Part shown: positions 36,847 through 46,752 of the stretch, piece by piece | Numbering within the stretch: position 1 is the first letter of the stretch | Layout of the letters: each line of letters starts with the position of its first letter | DNA from: Candidatus Poribacteria bacterium | Lineage (GTDB): Bacteria > Poribacteria > WGA-4E > WGA-3G | Direction of reading: 5' to 3' | Assembly (NCBI GenBank): GCA_963665235.2 | Contig: CAXXLX010000002.1 | Location: 544,001-608,000, forward strand | DNA: 64,000 nucleotides | Notes under the pieces: model-generated | What the model saw: only the letters and a program-made list of their open reading frames with translations | Told to the model about the DNA's origin: nothing | Database searches by the model: none | Translations under genes and position numbers: made by a program

Positions 36847-38184
36847 TTAGAAATAATAACCGAAGTTAAAGTTGAGCCGCCAATGCCATATATCATTACC
36901 GTTCGCACCAACGTGATTAACCCCCGTATAGATATTGTTATAATCATCCCCTTCATTACCAACGAAGAAGTTGCCGTTGGAAATTGCCATATCACTATAG
37001 ACATAGAGCGCGCCGAACACTGTCCAACTAGCACCGAGCATAACAAGATTACTCGGATTATAGTCCTCCACAGTTTTGAGAATAGTACTGAATTCAACAT
37101 AAGGCGTAACGCTATCTATCCAGGAAACACTTGAGGTGTCTATACCCCCGTATCGTAGCGACACGGCAGGGATTATTCCCTCAGATGCGACGGGCCATGC
37201 AAAGTCGTAAGCTCCCATCGGAATCAGGTCGCCTGTGCCCCACGGGGTGTCATCGGGGATATTGTGCGCGTAATAGGTGAATTGAGAAAAGAGGGTAAAA
37301 TCGGCAAAAGAATTTTTCATGTGTGCGGAGAAGGCGTAGTGAGTACCGCTATCATCTTCACCTACGTTTGTGCCTTTCAGCAACCCGTATTGGAGCGATA
37401 CCCCAAGGTCAGCGATGTCTGGTAAAGCATAGATGGCGCGTAGGTTAAATTGATGTTGTTCCTCAAACCCGTTTTCCTCCGCACCCCATTCGACGTTTCC
37501 CTCTTTATCCGCTTTTTCTTTCCATTTAACAACGTCATAACCGTATAGAGAACTTTGAAGACTGCCTCCATCGGTCTGCGGTTCACTCATGGGATAGTAT
37601 CCGACACTGAGTGCCAGTTTATCAAAAGTGGTATCCCACCGGATACCCACATCCGGATCATCAGCGAGGCCGACATAAAAATGCTGATCAAAAAACCAGC
37701 TCGTAGAAACACCGTAAGGTGTAGGTCCGAAAGGCACTCGGACAACACCTGCTTTAAGTGTGCCGATATCACCGAGATTATAGCCCAACCATGCGGTGTG
37801 AATAAAACTATAGTTATCGTACCATCGGTATTCAACCCGACCGATGACGTTGTTAAAATCCAGGTCGGCATTGAGGCGGAATATTTCGAGGTCAACATCG
37901 CCAATCCTGTCGCCTCGCCGATGCGGGTTGTCTTCATCGCCGTAAGTGCCGTAGACGTAATTTAATCGCAGTGCCCCGCCGATTTTTAGCGGACTTTTCT
38001 GGGGAGCTTCAGCTTCAGCTTCAGCCTCAGCTTCAGCTTCGACAGCTGCCTCTTCATCTGCATCTGCTATAGCGAACGGCGTAAAAACTAACAAAATCGC
38101 CACTGCTATTCCTAAGAAACAGTGATAGGATGTTCCTCTTTTAAAAACACAACTCATGAAACTTACTATTTTAGACATAAGCAA
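36847..38184 (-). CDS. Outer-membrane beta-barrel / porin-like protein
   Basis: Signal peptide, (EA)n linker, IGGALRLNY, C-terminal FNFGYYF; lies upstream of the BCCT genes. Confidence 0.8.
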   Translation of the reverse strand: MLMSKIVSFMSCVFKRGTSYHCFLGIAVAILLVFTPFAIADADEEAAVEAEAEAEAEAEAPQKSPLKIGGALRLNYVYGTYGDEDNPHRRGDRIGDVDLEIFRLNADLDFNNVIGRVEYRWYDNYSFIHTAWLGYNLGDIGTLKAGVVRVPFGPTPYGVSTSWFFDQHFYVGLADDPDVGIRWDTTFDKLALSVGYYPMSEPQTDGGSLQSSLYGYDVVKWKEKADKEGNVEWGAEENGFEEQHQFNLRAIYALPDIADLGVSLQYGLLKGTNVGEDDSGTHYAFSAHMKNSFADFTLFSQFTYYAHNIPDDTPWGTGDLIPMGAYDFAWPVASEGIIPAVSLRYGGIDTSSVSWIDSVTPYVEFSTILKTVEDYNPSNLVMLGASWTVFGALYVYSDMAISNGNFFVGNEGDDYNNIYTGVNHVGANGNDIWHWRLNFNFGYYF

Positions 38185-38429
38185 TACCTACTTTGGTTGA
38201 AAAATATTGTTCGAGCGTTGAATAGGTGGACCAGCAAAATGCCGCCGGGTACTAAACTAACTTGAGCTAATCATAAACGATAAACGCTGGTAAAACTAAA
38301 CACAAATTCAACTTTACTAATTTTTAATCTGTATTATAACATATTTTCTATTGTTTTTCAAGGAAAAAAGCATTCTAACTAATGTACACTAAACTTTGGA
38401 CAATTTTCGGGAGGCACAACGTTCTTGTC

Positions 38430-39120
38430 AAAGGGGTAGGTGGAAGGTTGGAAGAATGGAAGGGTGGAGGAGGGGAAGAGGGTTTTGAGGCGCAGCAGAG
38501 ATATGCTTAGCATCACAATCCTCTTGCTAACTGCTAATGGTTTCCAACATTCTATAAACATTCCGCCCCGCTGGGGCTAGTTTGTGGGATGGTTGCGGTG
38601 TTCTATAAACATTCCACCCCGCTGGGGAAACTGGACTTTTGCACATTAGGGACTATTTTCTGGTATTTGTAACGTGAGCTTGATAATAAATGTCCGTTTG
38701 TGCTAACCTCTATAAACATATCGTCCTTGAGGAGCGGGAAACCGTTTGCCCGAATACTGGGACTAAGAGTTTTGGCGTTAGCGGCTGTTTCTATAAATAT
38801 ATCGTCCCTACGGGACTAGGAGTCGGAGGGAAACGTCCTCTCTGTCACGATTAAACATTCTAGGACGGTGAGTCCCTACGGGACTAGGAGTCGGACGGAA
38901 ACGGACCTTCTATAAACATATCGTCCTTAAGAGCGGGAAACCGTTGGTTTCCCGAATACTGGGACTAAAGAGACTTTTTTCAAACTCACGTTTGTGCACG
39001 AAACAGGTCGGCAAAGAAACTCTTAATTCCGCGTTCTCCGCGATAATCCGTGATTCAGACAACACAAGCGAAATCCACCCTTCCACCCTTCCATTCTTCC
39101 ACCCTTCCACCCTTCCACTA
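38430..39120. repeat. Intergenic repeat mosaic including a TIR-bounded element at 38670-38992
   Basis: AACGTGAGCTTGA...TCAAACTCACGTT ends, CCCTACGGGACT REPs, CCCCGCTGGGG hairpins, GGAAGGGTGGAAG runs in both orientations. Confidence 0.8.
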
Positions 39121-39148
39121 TCCTTTGTGCAAAAACTTTACACACTCC

Positions 39149-39177
39149 TTGCAATATCTTCACAGATGTGCTAAAAT
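39149..39177 (+). promoter_or_regulatory. sigma70-type promoter for leuB
   Basis: TTGCAA-17 nt-TAAAAT with TG extension. Confidence 0.55.
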
Positions 39178-39221
39178 ATAAAAGGCTTAAAACTCAGGAA
39201 CACATATTTCGGAGGAAATTC

Positions 39222-40274
39222 ATGTATAAAATCGGACTCATCCCTGGTGACGGCATCGGCCCCGAAGTGACCAGCGAAGCGATGAAGGTCTTCGGGGCCG
39301 CAGCCGCACAAGCAGGGCTCCAATACGAAACCGTTGAATACGATGTCGGGGGGGACCGTTATCTCGCTACAGGAGAGGTGTTACCGGACTCGGTATTGGA
39401 AGAACTACGACAACTTGACGCTATCTATCTAGGGGCTATCGGACATCCCGATGTCAAACCCGGTATTTTAGAGAAAGGGATTCTGCTAAAGGTCCGCTTT
39501 GAACTCGATCTCTACATAAACCTACGCCCGGTTAAACTTTATCCAGGCGTGCCCACACCGCTGAAGGACAAAGGCCCAGAGGACATCGATTTTATCATTG
39601 TTCGCGAAAATACGGAGGGATTATACGCGGGTATCGGCGGGTTTTTGAAACGCGGCACACGCGATGAGGTTGCCATTCAGGAGATGATTAACACCTACAA
39701 AGGCGTTGAACGGTGTGTCCGCTACGCGTACGAGCTCACACAGAAACGCAATAAGGAAAATACGTTGACACTCTGCGATAAAGCGAATGTGCTAACATAC
39801 GCCCACGATTTGTGGCGGCGCGTCTTCGATGAGGTCGGAGAAGATTATCCAGACATTAAAAAGGAATACGCCTTTGTCGATGCCACGACTATGTGGATGG
39901 TCAAAAACCCGGAATGGTTCGATGTGATTGTGACATGCAATATGTTCGGCGATATTATCACGGACCTCGGGGCGATGATTCAGGGAGGCATGGGGGTTGC
40001 AGCTTCAGGCAATTTGAACCCAGAAAGCGTGGCAATGTTCGAACCGATTCACGGGTCAGCCCCACGCTACACCGGCAAAAACCAGATTAACCCAATCGCA
40101 GCGATTGGCGCAGCCGGCATGATGCTCGAACACCTTGGGTATTCGGAAGCCGCCGCAAATGTTGACAAATCTATCAGCAACTTGCTTGCAAGCGGAAAAA
40201 TTAAAGACCTCGGTGCCGGACGGATGGGATACACAACCGAAGAGGTTGGCGACATGCTCGCCGAAGGCCTATAA
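39222..40274 (+). CDS. leuB: 3-isopropylmalate dehydrogenase
   Basis: [34 protein letters not shown]; GGAGG RBS. Confidence 0.88.
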   Translation: MYKIGLIPGDGIGPEVTSEAMKVFGAAAAQAGLQYETVEYDVGGDRYLATGEVLPDSVLEELRQLDAIYLGAIGHPDVKPGILEKGILLKVRFELDLYINLRPVKLYPGVPTPLKDKGPEDIDFIIVRENTEGLYAGIGGFLKRGTRDEVAIQEMINTYKGVERCVRYAYELTQKRNKENTLTLCDKANVLTYAHDLWRRVFDEVGEDYPDIKKEYAFVDATTMWMVKNPEWFDVIVTCNMFGDIITDLGAMIQGGMGVAASGNLNPESVAMFEPIHGSAPRYTGKNQINPIAAIGAAGMMLEHLGYSEAAANVDKSISNLLASGKIKDLGAGRMGYTTEEVGDMLAEGL

Positions 40275-40281
40275 ACTTGCC

Positions 40282-40537
40282 CTCTTCTGTAGGAGCGTGC
40301 TGTGCACGCGATACTCTTCTGTAGGAGCGTGCTGTGCACGCGATACTCTTCTGTAGGAGCGTGCTGTGCACGCGATACTCTTCTGTAGGAGCGTGCTGTG
40401 CACGCGATACTCTTCTGTAGGAGCGTGCTGTGCACGCGATACTCTTCTGTAGGAGCGTGCTGTGCACGCGATACTCTTCTGTAGGAGCGTGCTGTGCACG
40501 CGATACTCTTCTGTAGGAGCGTGCTGTGCACGCGATA
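40282..40537 (+). repeat. Perfect tandem array of eight 32-bp GTAG-REP units
   Basis: CTCTTCTGTAGGAGCGTGCTGTGCACGCGATA x8, no spacers. Confidence 0.95.
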
Positions 40538-40564
40538 TTAAGGCGCGGACTCAGAACACGCGTC

Positions 40565-41335
40565 TCACGCCAATTGCGCTGTAAAATTAATCCGATCTGA
40601 ATTGCGGTTCCAGCGATTGAAGGTGTACATGTCGTAAACACTCAACGTTTTATAACCTGCCTCCTTGAGGAGACGCGTCACTGTGTCTACTTCAAAGATT
40701 GTTTGCTGGTGTACCTCTTCAAACCTATGAAATAGGTCGCCTTCTCGGATAAAAAAGGTCAGGGAGGTCTGGCATATTTTGCTATAATAGAAATAGCTAT
40801 TTTTCCAGATGTAGGAATAATCGTCGTGATTTTCTGAGAAGGTTTTGTTGTGAAAATGCTCGACAATATTCCGTTCGGTCGTCACGTCGAAGATAAACAG
40901 CCCACCTGGGGCGAGGTGCGCTGAAACCGTCTGGAAGACGTTGCTGAGGTCGGTTTCGGTGCGGGCATAGTTGATGCTATCGTACGTGCAAAGGATTGCG
41001 TCAAACTGCTGCTCGAGGTCAAAGTAGCACATGTCGCCTTGATGGAATGCGATATCCACATTGTGTGTTTCCGCCTTTTCTTGCGCGATGTGCAACATAC
41101 CTGCTGCCCTATCTATACCGGTCATCTCGTAGCCTTTTGAGGCTAGCAGGACAGTCAACGTGCCTGTCCCGCATGCCACATCAAGGATACTAATCGGTTT
41201 AGAATCGTATTTGTCGAAGAGCGACTCAATGTAATTGCCCCAGCGGATGTAGTTGACGTTTTTCATCATCCGGTCGTAGACGTGAGAAAATTTTTCATAA
41301 GGTAGGGTCGAGTGTCCCGGTATCACTTTATTCAA
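40565..41335 (-). CDS. Class I SAM-dependent methyltransferase
   Basis: ILDVACGTG, GDM, DSINY, L.PGGLFIFD. Confidence 0.92.
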   Translation of the reverse strand: MNKVIPGHSTLPYEKFSHVYDRMMKNVNYIRWGNYIESLFDKYDSKPISILDVACGTGTLTVLLASKGYEMTGIDRAAGMLHIAQEKAETHNVDIAFHQGDMCYFDLEQQFDAILCTYDSINYARTETDLSNVFQTVSAHLAPGGLFIFDVTTERNIVEHFHNKTFSENHDDYSYIWKNSYFYYSKICQTSLTFFIREGDLFHRFEEVHQQTIFEVDTVTRLLKEAGYKTLSVYDMYTFNRWNRNSDRINFTAQLA

Positions 41336-41724
41336 TTTTCCGCTTCCTGTTTGAATCCGATAGAGGCATTCAGCATCTGTAATAACGTGTTGATTTCCTC
41401 TGCATCCCAGGTGTCGTCATCATTCGCGGCTATAGCATAATCTGCTACCTTTTTAATTTTACCGAGATTGATTCTCCCGATGAACAGACTAAAAGGTAGT
41501 TGCTGCCCAACGGTTTTAACCCGTTCACACGTAGCTTCGATGTCGGCTCGACTCACCTCTTCAGGGGCCTGTTTTATCATCGCGTCCTTCATCATATCTG
41601 CTCCGAAACCGAACAGCTCTTTGATGATAATCCATTGTAACGTGGCAAGTAAGACAAAGAGTATTAAGATAACAACCAAAATTTTGGTTATATGACGTTT
41701 CCACGTCCGTTCTTCAGAACTCAT
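41332..41724 (-). CDS. Hypothetical protein with N-terminal TM segment
   Basis: GAGGTG RBS; overlaps the next gene. Confidence 0.7.
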   Translation of the reverse strand: MSSEERTWKRHITKILVVILILFVLLATLQWIIIKELFGFGADMMKDAMIKQAPEEVSRADIEATCERVKTVGQQLPFSLFIGRINLGKIKKVADYAIAANDDDTWDAEEINTLLQMLNASIGFKQEAEN

Positions 41725-41804
41725 TTTTTTCGTTCACCTCTCTGGTGGAATTTATAGTATATATATTAACATTTTATCAAAGACAGTGTCAAGTAGGAGA
41801 AAAA

Positions 41805-42899
41805 ATGAAGATAGGTATTATTGGTAGACCCTACGTCGGAAAAACGACAGTCTTCAACGCATTGGCACATTCCAACGCAGAATTAGGCGGTTATACGGCA
41901 AGCAAAGAGCCCAACCTCAGCGCAGTGAACGTGCCCGATGAACGTTTGGAATCTCTCGCAGCCGTGTTCAAACCGAAAAAAGTGACACCCGCAACGATCG
42001 GTTATGTGGATGTCGCCGGGCTAACCCAAGCGGATGTTGAACAGGCGGAATTGGATTCCGGTGTACTTGCGGAACTTCGCACAGTTGACGCGCTCGCGCA
42101 TGTGGTTCGACTTTTTGAGGATGAGGCGGTTCCGCATGTCGATGGAAACGTTGATGCTGAGCGGGACATTGAAACGGTCGGACTTGAATTAGTCCTCGCC
42201 GATCTGAAAGTCGTTCAGGGGAGGCTATCGAGGCTCACCAAGCAACTTCAAAATCAGAAAACGGCTGAGCTGGAAAGTGAACATCGCGTCTTAGAACGGT
42301 GTGAGGCCACCTTGGAACGTGGGGTACCACTCCGCACCATTGCACTATCGGCAACCGAGGAAAAACTGATACGCGGTTACGGGTTTTTGACGCAAAAACC
42401 GTTGCTGCTCATCTGCAACATCGATGAGACACAACTAGAAACAGCCGATGACATTCACAACCGTTTTGCTGAATATGCAGCACAACCCCAGACAGCCATT
42501 ATTGTACTCGCTGCACAGTTAGAGATGGAAATTGCCCAGCTGGATGCCTCGGATGCAGCCATCTTTATGACCGAAATGGGATTAGAGGTTTCCGCTTTAG
42601 AGCGTTTTATTCAGACCTCCTATCAGTTGCTGGGGTTAATCACATTTTTTTCAGGCAATGAGAACGGTGTCAGGGCGTGGACACTTCGTGAGGGACAGAC
42701 TGCCGTTGACGCAGCAGGCATCATACACACCGATTTCGCACGCGGCTTTATACGTGCAGAAACCATTAACTGGGAAGAGTTAGTTGCATGTGGAAGTCTC
42801 GTCGAAGCGCGAGGTAAAGGGTTGCTGAGAGCGGAGGGTAAAACCTATCTAGTTCAAGAGGGGGATGTCCTGACAATATTGGCGAACCCAACGCATTGA
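41805..42899 (+). CDS. ychF: Redox-regulated ATPase YchF
   Basis: GRPYVGKT, VPDERL, DVAGL, AGIIHTDF.RGFIRAE, EGK.Y.V..GD. Confidence 0.93.
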   Translation: MKIGIIGRPYVGKTTVFNALAHSNAELGGYTASKEPNLSAVNVPDERLESLAAVFKPKKVTPATIGYVDVAGLTQADVEQAELDSGVLAELRTVDALAHVVRLFEDEAVPHVDGNVDAERDIETVGLELVLADLKVVQGRLSRLTKQLQNQKTAELESEHRVLERCEATLERGVPLRTIALSATEEKLIRGYGFLTQKPLLLICNIDETQLETADDIHNRFAEYAAQPQTAIIVLAAQLEMEIAQLDASDAAIFMTEMGLEVSALERFIQTSYQLLGLITFFSGNENGVRAWTLREGQTAVDAAGIIHTDFARGFIRAETINWEELVACGSLVEARGKGLLRAEGKTYLVQEGDVLTILANPTH

Positions 42900-42944
42900 A
42901 AACGCCGCGTTTTTTTCTCGTGCGACAACACCCTCAGAAAACCT

Positions 42945-44066
42945 TCAAGGTGTATCTACTGGTTTCCTGTGAACACGTTCTGCCGGACGAGGTGTTTGAT
43001 TGACGGTTTGCTTTTCAACTTCAAGTGCTACTTCGACATCATATACCGCTTTTATATCGCCCCACTGCATTGGCAATTTCCCCTGCGGAGATACAGGTAG
43101 CGCACCTTGTACCCAATCCGGTTGAATGTCGTTGCTCGGATGTGTTGTCAATCTCCTGAGTTTTCCATCTTCAATCTCATACCGATAGATGTCATGATGC
43201 TCCTTCGCTTTGGGCACGTCAAGCCGTCCTGCTGAAAAAAGGAAGGCACGGCCGTCATCCATCCAACATAACCCGGAACCGACCCAATCTCCACCTATCT
43301 TTTTTGTTATATCAATCCTCCTTTTCACGCCATTTTTCCGCTGAATGATAAATCGTTTGACAGGGTCTTCTAGCTGCCCTTTAGATTCGAGGTATAGAAT
43401 CTGCTTCCCATCTGGAGACCAGTGGGGGTAAACTCTGAAAGCAAGCGGGTCTCCTGGGGCTGGATCTGGGAGGAGCGGTCTCTGATTTGTTCCATCTGCT
43501 GACATTATCCAGATGTTTACTGGGTGAAGACCCGCAGGGACCGATATAAACCTTGTATAAACGAACTCTTTGCCATCTGGGGACCAATGTGCTTCATGTG
43601 ATCCGCTATTTTTTTGAAGACCTGTCAACTGTTTGACGGTTCTATTTTCCAGGTCCATCACATATATTTCGGTGTCTCCATTTCGGTCACTGTTGAATGC
43701 AAGGTATTGGCCATCCGGGGACCAGGTTGGATTTCGATTCGTTTTGCCGGTATGTGTGAGCTGCTGTTGGTTAGTGCCATCAGCGTTCATGATGAACAGT
43801 TGACACTTTTGGATATCCTTCTCAAGGCTTCTTTCAAAAGCGATTTGGGTGCCATCCGGGGACCAGCTCGGCCCGAACTCCCAAAACTGATTGTCTGTCA
43901 ATCTACGTCTGCCGCTCCCATCATCGTTCATGACATAAATACTACCATACGCGGAAAAGGTGATTTTTGCATCGGCACCGCGTGGAACAAACAGTAAAAT
44001 AAGGAGACAGAGTATTAAACAACGTGTGGAGGGCTGTGAGATAAAGGAGGTGTTCGCGTGTATCAT
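42945..44066 (-). CDS. TolB-like PD40 beta-propeller secreted protein
   Basis: Repeated WSPDG, signal peptide, LPVSPQGKLPMQWGDIK. Confidence 0.88.
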   Translation of the reverse strand: MIHANTSFISQPSTRCLILCLLILLFVPRGADAKITFSAYGSIYVMNDDGSGRRRLTDNQFWEFGPSWSPDGTQIAFERSLEKDIQKCQLFIMNADGTNQQQLTHTGKTNRNPTWSPDGQYLAFNSDRNGDTEIYVMDLENRTVKQLTGLQKNSGSHEAHWSPDGKEFVYTRFISVPAGLHPVNIWIMSADGTNQRPLLPDPAPGDPLAFRVYPHWSPDGKQILYLESKGQLEDPVKRFIIQRKNGVKRRIDITKKIGGDWVGSGLCWMDDGRAFLFSAGRLDVPKAKEHHDIYRYEIEDGKLRRLTTHPSNDIQPDWVQGALPVSPQGKLPMQWGDIKAVYDVEVALEVEKQTVNQTPRPAERVHRKPVDTP

Positions 44067-44081
44067 AAATTTATCTCCTTT

Positions 44082-44120
44082 AGAAACACGGGTGCCCTAT
44101 AAAGAGGAACACCCGCGTTT
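44082..44120. terminator. Hairpin between the two secreted-protein genes
   Basis: AAACACGGGTG...CACCCGCGTTT. Confidence 0.45.
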
Positions 44121-44132
44121 GGTTGGCAGAAT

Positions 44133-44696
44133 TTACTCGATGCCTAAAGGCTCCTGCCGGTGCCAAAACTCCTTCTGACTAATCAATGCGTACCACGGTT
44201 CAGAGGTCTCTAGCGTTCCATTTCCATCAAGATCCGCTTTCACAGTTTGTTTGGAATCTGCGGTAATCTTGTACTTCCTCCACGGTTGATCCTTAAGGTC
44301 AAATTTAAGGGCCATAGCTTTTTCCCAACTATCGACAGCATCAACCCAGCCATTAGTGTGTTCTTCTTTGAAATCATCAAAATTCGGTAATAGCGGACCC
44401 TCAATCTTGCTGGTGAAGTCAACGTAGTATCTGACACGGATGCGCTGTGGCCAATCGGGATGAACCCCTCCAGAATCATTGTACAGAACTGCCAGATGAC
44501 TACTAGAGACTTTCGGAAATTCATAGAAATACGCTACATAGAGATATCCGTATACGAACTTAAGGGTCCTGCCCATTCTGCAATCCCGAGCCCAAGTTTC
44601 ACCAGAGTGGGGCACTTGGTTTGAGTGAAGATGCGTTGGAACGAGACAAACTATCGCTATTAACCCGATTAGGGTTATCACTACTAAATGTTTCAC
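44133..44696 (-). CDS. Hypothetical secreted protein
   Basis: AAGGAG RBS, signal peptide, DLDGNG Ca-binding-like loop. Confidence 0.75.
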   Translation of the reverse strand: MKHLVVITLIGLIAIVCLVPTHLHSNQVPHSGETWARDCRMGRTLKFVYGYLYVAYFYEFPKVSSSHLAVLYNDSGGVHPDWPQRIRVRYYVDFTSKIEGPLLPNFDDFKEEHTNGWVDAVDSWEKAMALKFDLKDQPWRKYKITADSKQTVKADLDGNGTLETSEPWYALISQKEFWHRQEPLGIE

Positions 44697-45277
44697 AATT
44701 TTTCTCCTTTAGCACACGCAAATTGAAGCGGAGTGCCAGTCTTTGGAAAAATCAACGCCGGGGACGTTGGCTTCTCCATACACAGAAGACGTAGTCATTT
44801 TAGCACGTTTCCGGTTTTGTGTAAATAAAAAATATTGGACACTATTTACGGGGTTTCACCTATTCCCTCTTGTTGTGTATCGTGCGCGAATAGAATAGGG
44901 GTAACAAGCATTGCGGGTGTCCGCGATGCAACAACGAAAGCCCACGACGAAATGCTTCGTGCAAAACGAAGTTCATGCGGGCGCGAAAATATCGCAGGTT
45001 TCACATCCTGCAATAAGACTTTGTAAAAAATCGGAATAATTAACGAATGTAAAGTGGGGGGGGGAGAGCAGTTAAATGAAAGTAGACATGTGGACACACG
45101 CACTGCACACGTGCGTACGGTCGCTCATGTAACACGGGCGTGGATGGAATCAATTTTTGAATTGCGGTATCTCCATGTTGGTTTTTCACTATTAAATCCC
45201 CATTCTGTATCAGAAAATATGAGTGTAAGGTGTAATTTCCCGGTTTCTCTACTAACTTTATACAACTTAACGTAGCT

Positions 45278-45306
45278 ATTATATCCTAAGTTGCGGTAAA
45301 TGTCAA
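45278..45306 (-). promoter_or_regulatory. Consensus sigma70 promoter
   Basis: TTGACA-17 nt-TATAAT on the minus strand. Confidence 0.7.
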
Positions 45307-45409
45307 GTTTTTTTCAAAAAATCGGTCAGTGTTGAAATTGGCGGCGTATGAGTTCTAACATTGAGGCAGCTATGAGCTTATAGGTTTCCCTATAAATTCA
45401 CATCAAAAG

Positions 45410-46057
45410 CTACAGGGGTCCACGCAATTCCGCAATAGCATCCATCATCTTAACGCCCATCTGCTGATACATCTCACGTTTAACCTCAAACGTACCCATG
45501 TCAGTAAAATCGATAGGCGTTCCGAATTTCACGATCAGCTTTGCCCGGCGTGGACGTTTATGTCCGCGCGGCAACATCCGTTCCGCCCCGCTGTGATAAA
45601 CAGGAAGCGTAGGAACACCCGCCCGGTGAGCGATAAAACATGCACCATCCTGTCCTTTCCCCAGAGTTCCATCAACGCTGCGCGTGCCTTCCGGAAAGAT
45701 GAGCACAGCGTTGCCATCTTTGAGAAGTGAGATAGTTCTCCGCAACGCCCCCAAATCCGGTGCACCTCTATCCACTGGATAGGCATTAAAGGCTGAAATC
45801 AGTTTCCCCAAGCCCGGTATTTTAAAAAGGCTGCTCCGTGCCATGTAATGAACTTCACGGCTCGCCGCGGAACCGACAACAATCGGATCGAGGAGGCTGA
45901 CGTGGTTTGAAACCAACAATACCCCTCCCTCCCGTGGGATATTGTTCACACCTTCCGCTTCGAGATGCCCCATGGTTTTACAGAAGAGGTTCGTAAATCT
46001 ATGTCCCCATCGGTATAGTCCGCGTGGAGACCAGAATTGGTTATTAGTGTACCACAT
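45410..46057 (-). CDS. plsC: 1-acyl-sn-glycerol-3-phosphate acyltransferase
   Basis: NHVSLLD, FPEGTRS. Confidence 0.92.
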   Translation of the reverse strand: MWYTNNQFWSPRGLYRWGHRFTNLFCKTMGHLEAEGVNNIPREGGVLLVSNHVSLLDPIVVGSAASREVHYMARSSLFKIPGLGKLISAFNAYPVDRGAPDLGALRRTISLLKDGNAVLIFPEGTRSVDGTLGKGQDGACFIAHRAGVPTLPVYHSGAERMLPRGHKRPRRAKLIVKFGTPIDFTDMGTFEVKREMYQQMGVKMMDAIAELRGPL

Positions 46058-46080
46058 GAAAAAATCCTATCCTTGCTCGG

Positions 46081-46752
46081 TTAATCTGTTCCTTTTACGT
46101 GTTTAACAATACAATTGATAACTTCGTCAATTGTTTTATGCGTTGTATCTATCACAATTGCATCCTCAGCAGTACGGAGCGGACTGTGTTCTCGCGAGGA
46201 ATCCTTCTCGTCTCGGGCACGAATATCCGCTTCGACAGCTTCCAGCGTCGTCTCTACATTTTGAGCGTGGAGGTCTGCTAGTCTACGTCTTGCGCGTTCC
46301 GTCACCGAAGCGTCGAGATAGAATTTAAAGTCAGCGTTTGGAAACACAATAGTTGTCAAATCCCGTCCTTCCGCGATGAGATTTCCTTCCGTCCCAATAC
46401 GTTGTTGATGCTTAACAATTTCGTGGCGAATTTCAGGGATTTTGGCGATGTCCGCAACTAATTTATTCACTGGTGGCGTACGGATAAGGTGAGAAACATC
46501 TTCGGTGTTGAGTAGAATCGTTTTACCGTTATTCTCAAATTCAATATGACACCGCTTGGTCCTATCTATTAATTTGATTATATCTTCTGTAATGCCGTGC
46601 TGTATTGCAAGCACAGTCACGGCTCGGTACATCGCCCCGGAGTCCAGATAAAGAAACCCGAGTTTTTCTGCGACAAGTCGGGCAACCGTACTTTTCCCTG
46701 ACCCAGCGGGGCCGTCTATTGCAATCGTTACCTGATGTTCAGTCTTGTTCAT
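46081..46752 (-). CDS. cmk: Cytidylate kinase
   Basis: IDGPAGSGKST, LDSGAMYR, EGRD, RD..D..R..SPL. Confidence 0.96.
   Translation of the reverse strand: MNKTEHQVTIAIDGPAGSGKSTVARLVAEKLGFLYLDSGAMYRAVTVLAIQHGITEDIIKLIDRTKRCHIEFENNGKTILLNTEDVSHLIRTPPVNKLVADIAKIPEIRHEIVKHQQRIGTEGNLIAEGRDLTTIVFPNADFKFYLDASVTERARRRLADLHAQNVETTLEAVEADIRARDEKDSSREHSPLRTAEDAIVIDTTHKTIDEVINCIVKHVKGTD

Noticed and set aside
40282-40537. CRISPR array, or the repeat-encoded ORFs at 40067-40641
   Set aside because: No spacers and the unit is a dispersed REP; the ORFs arise from the stop-free repeat.
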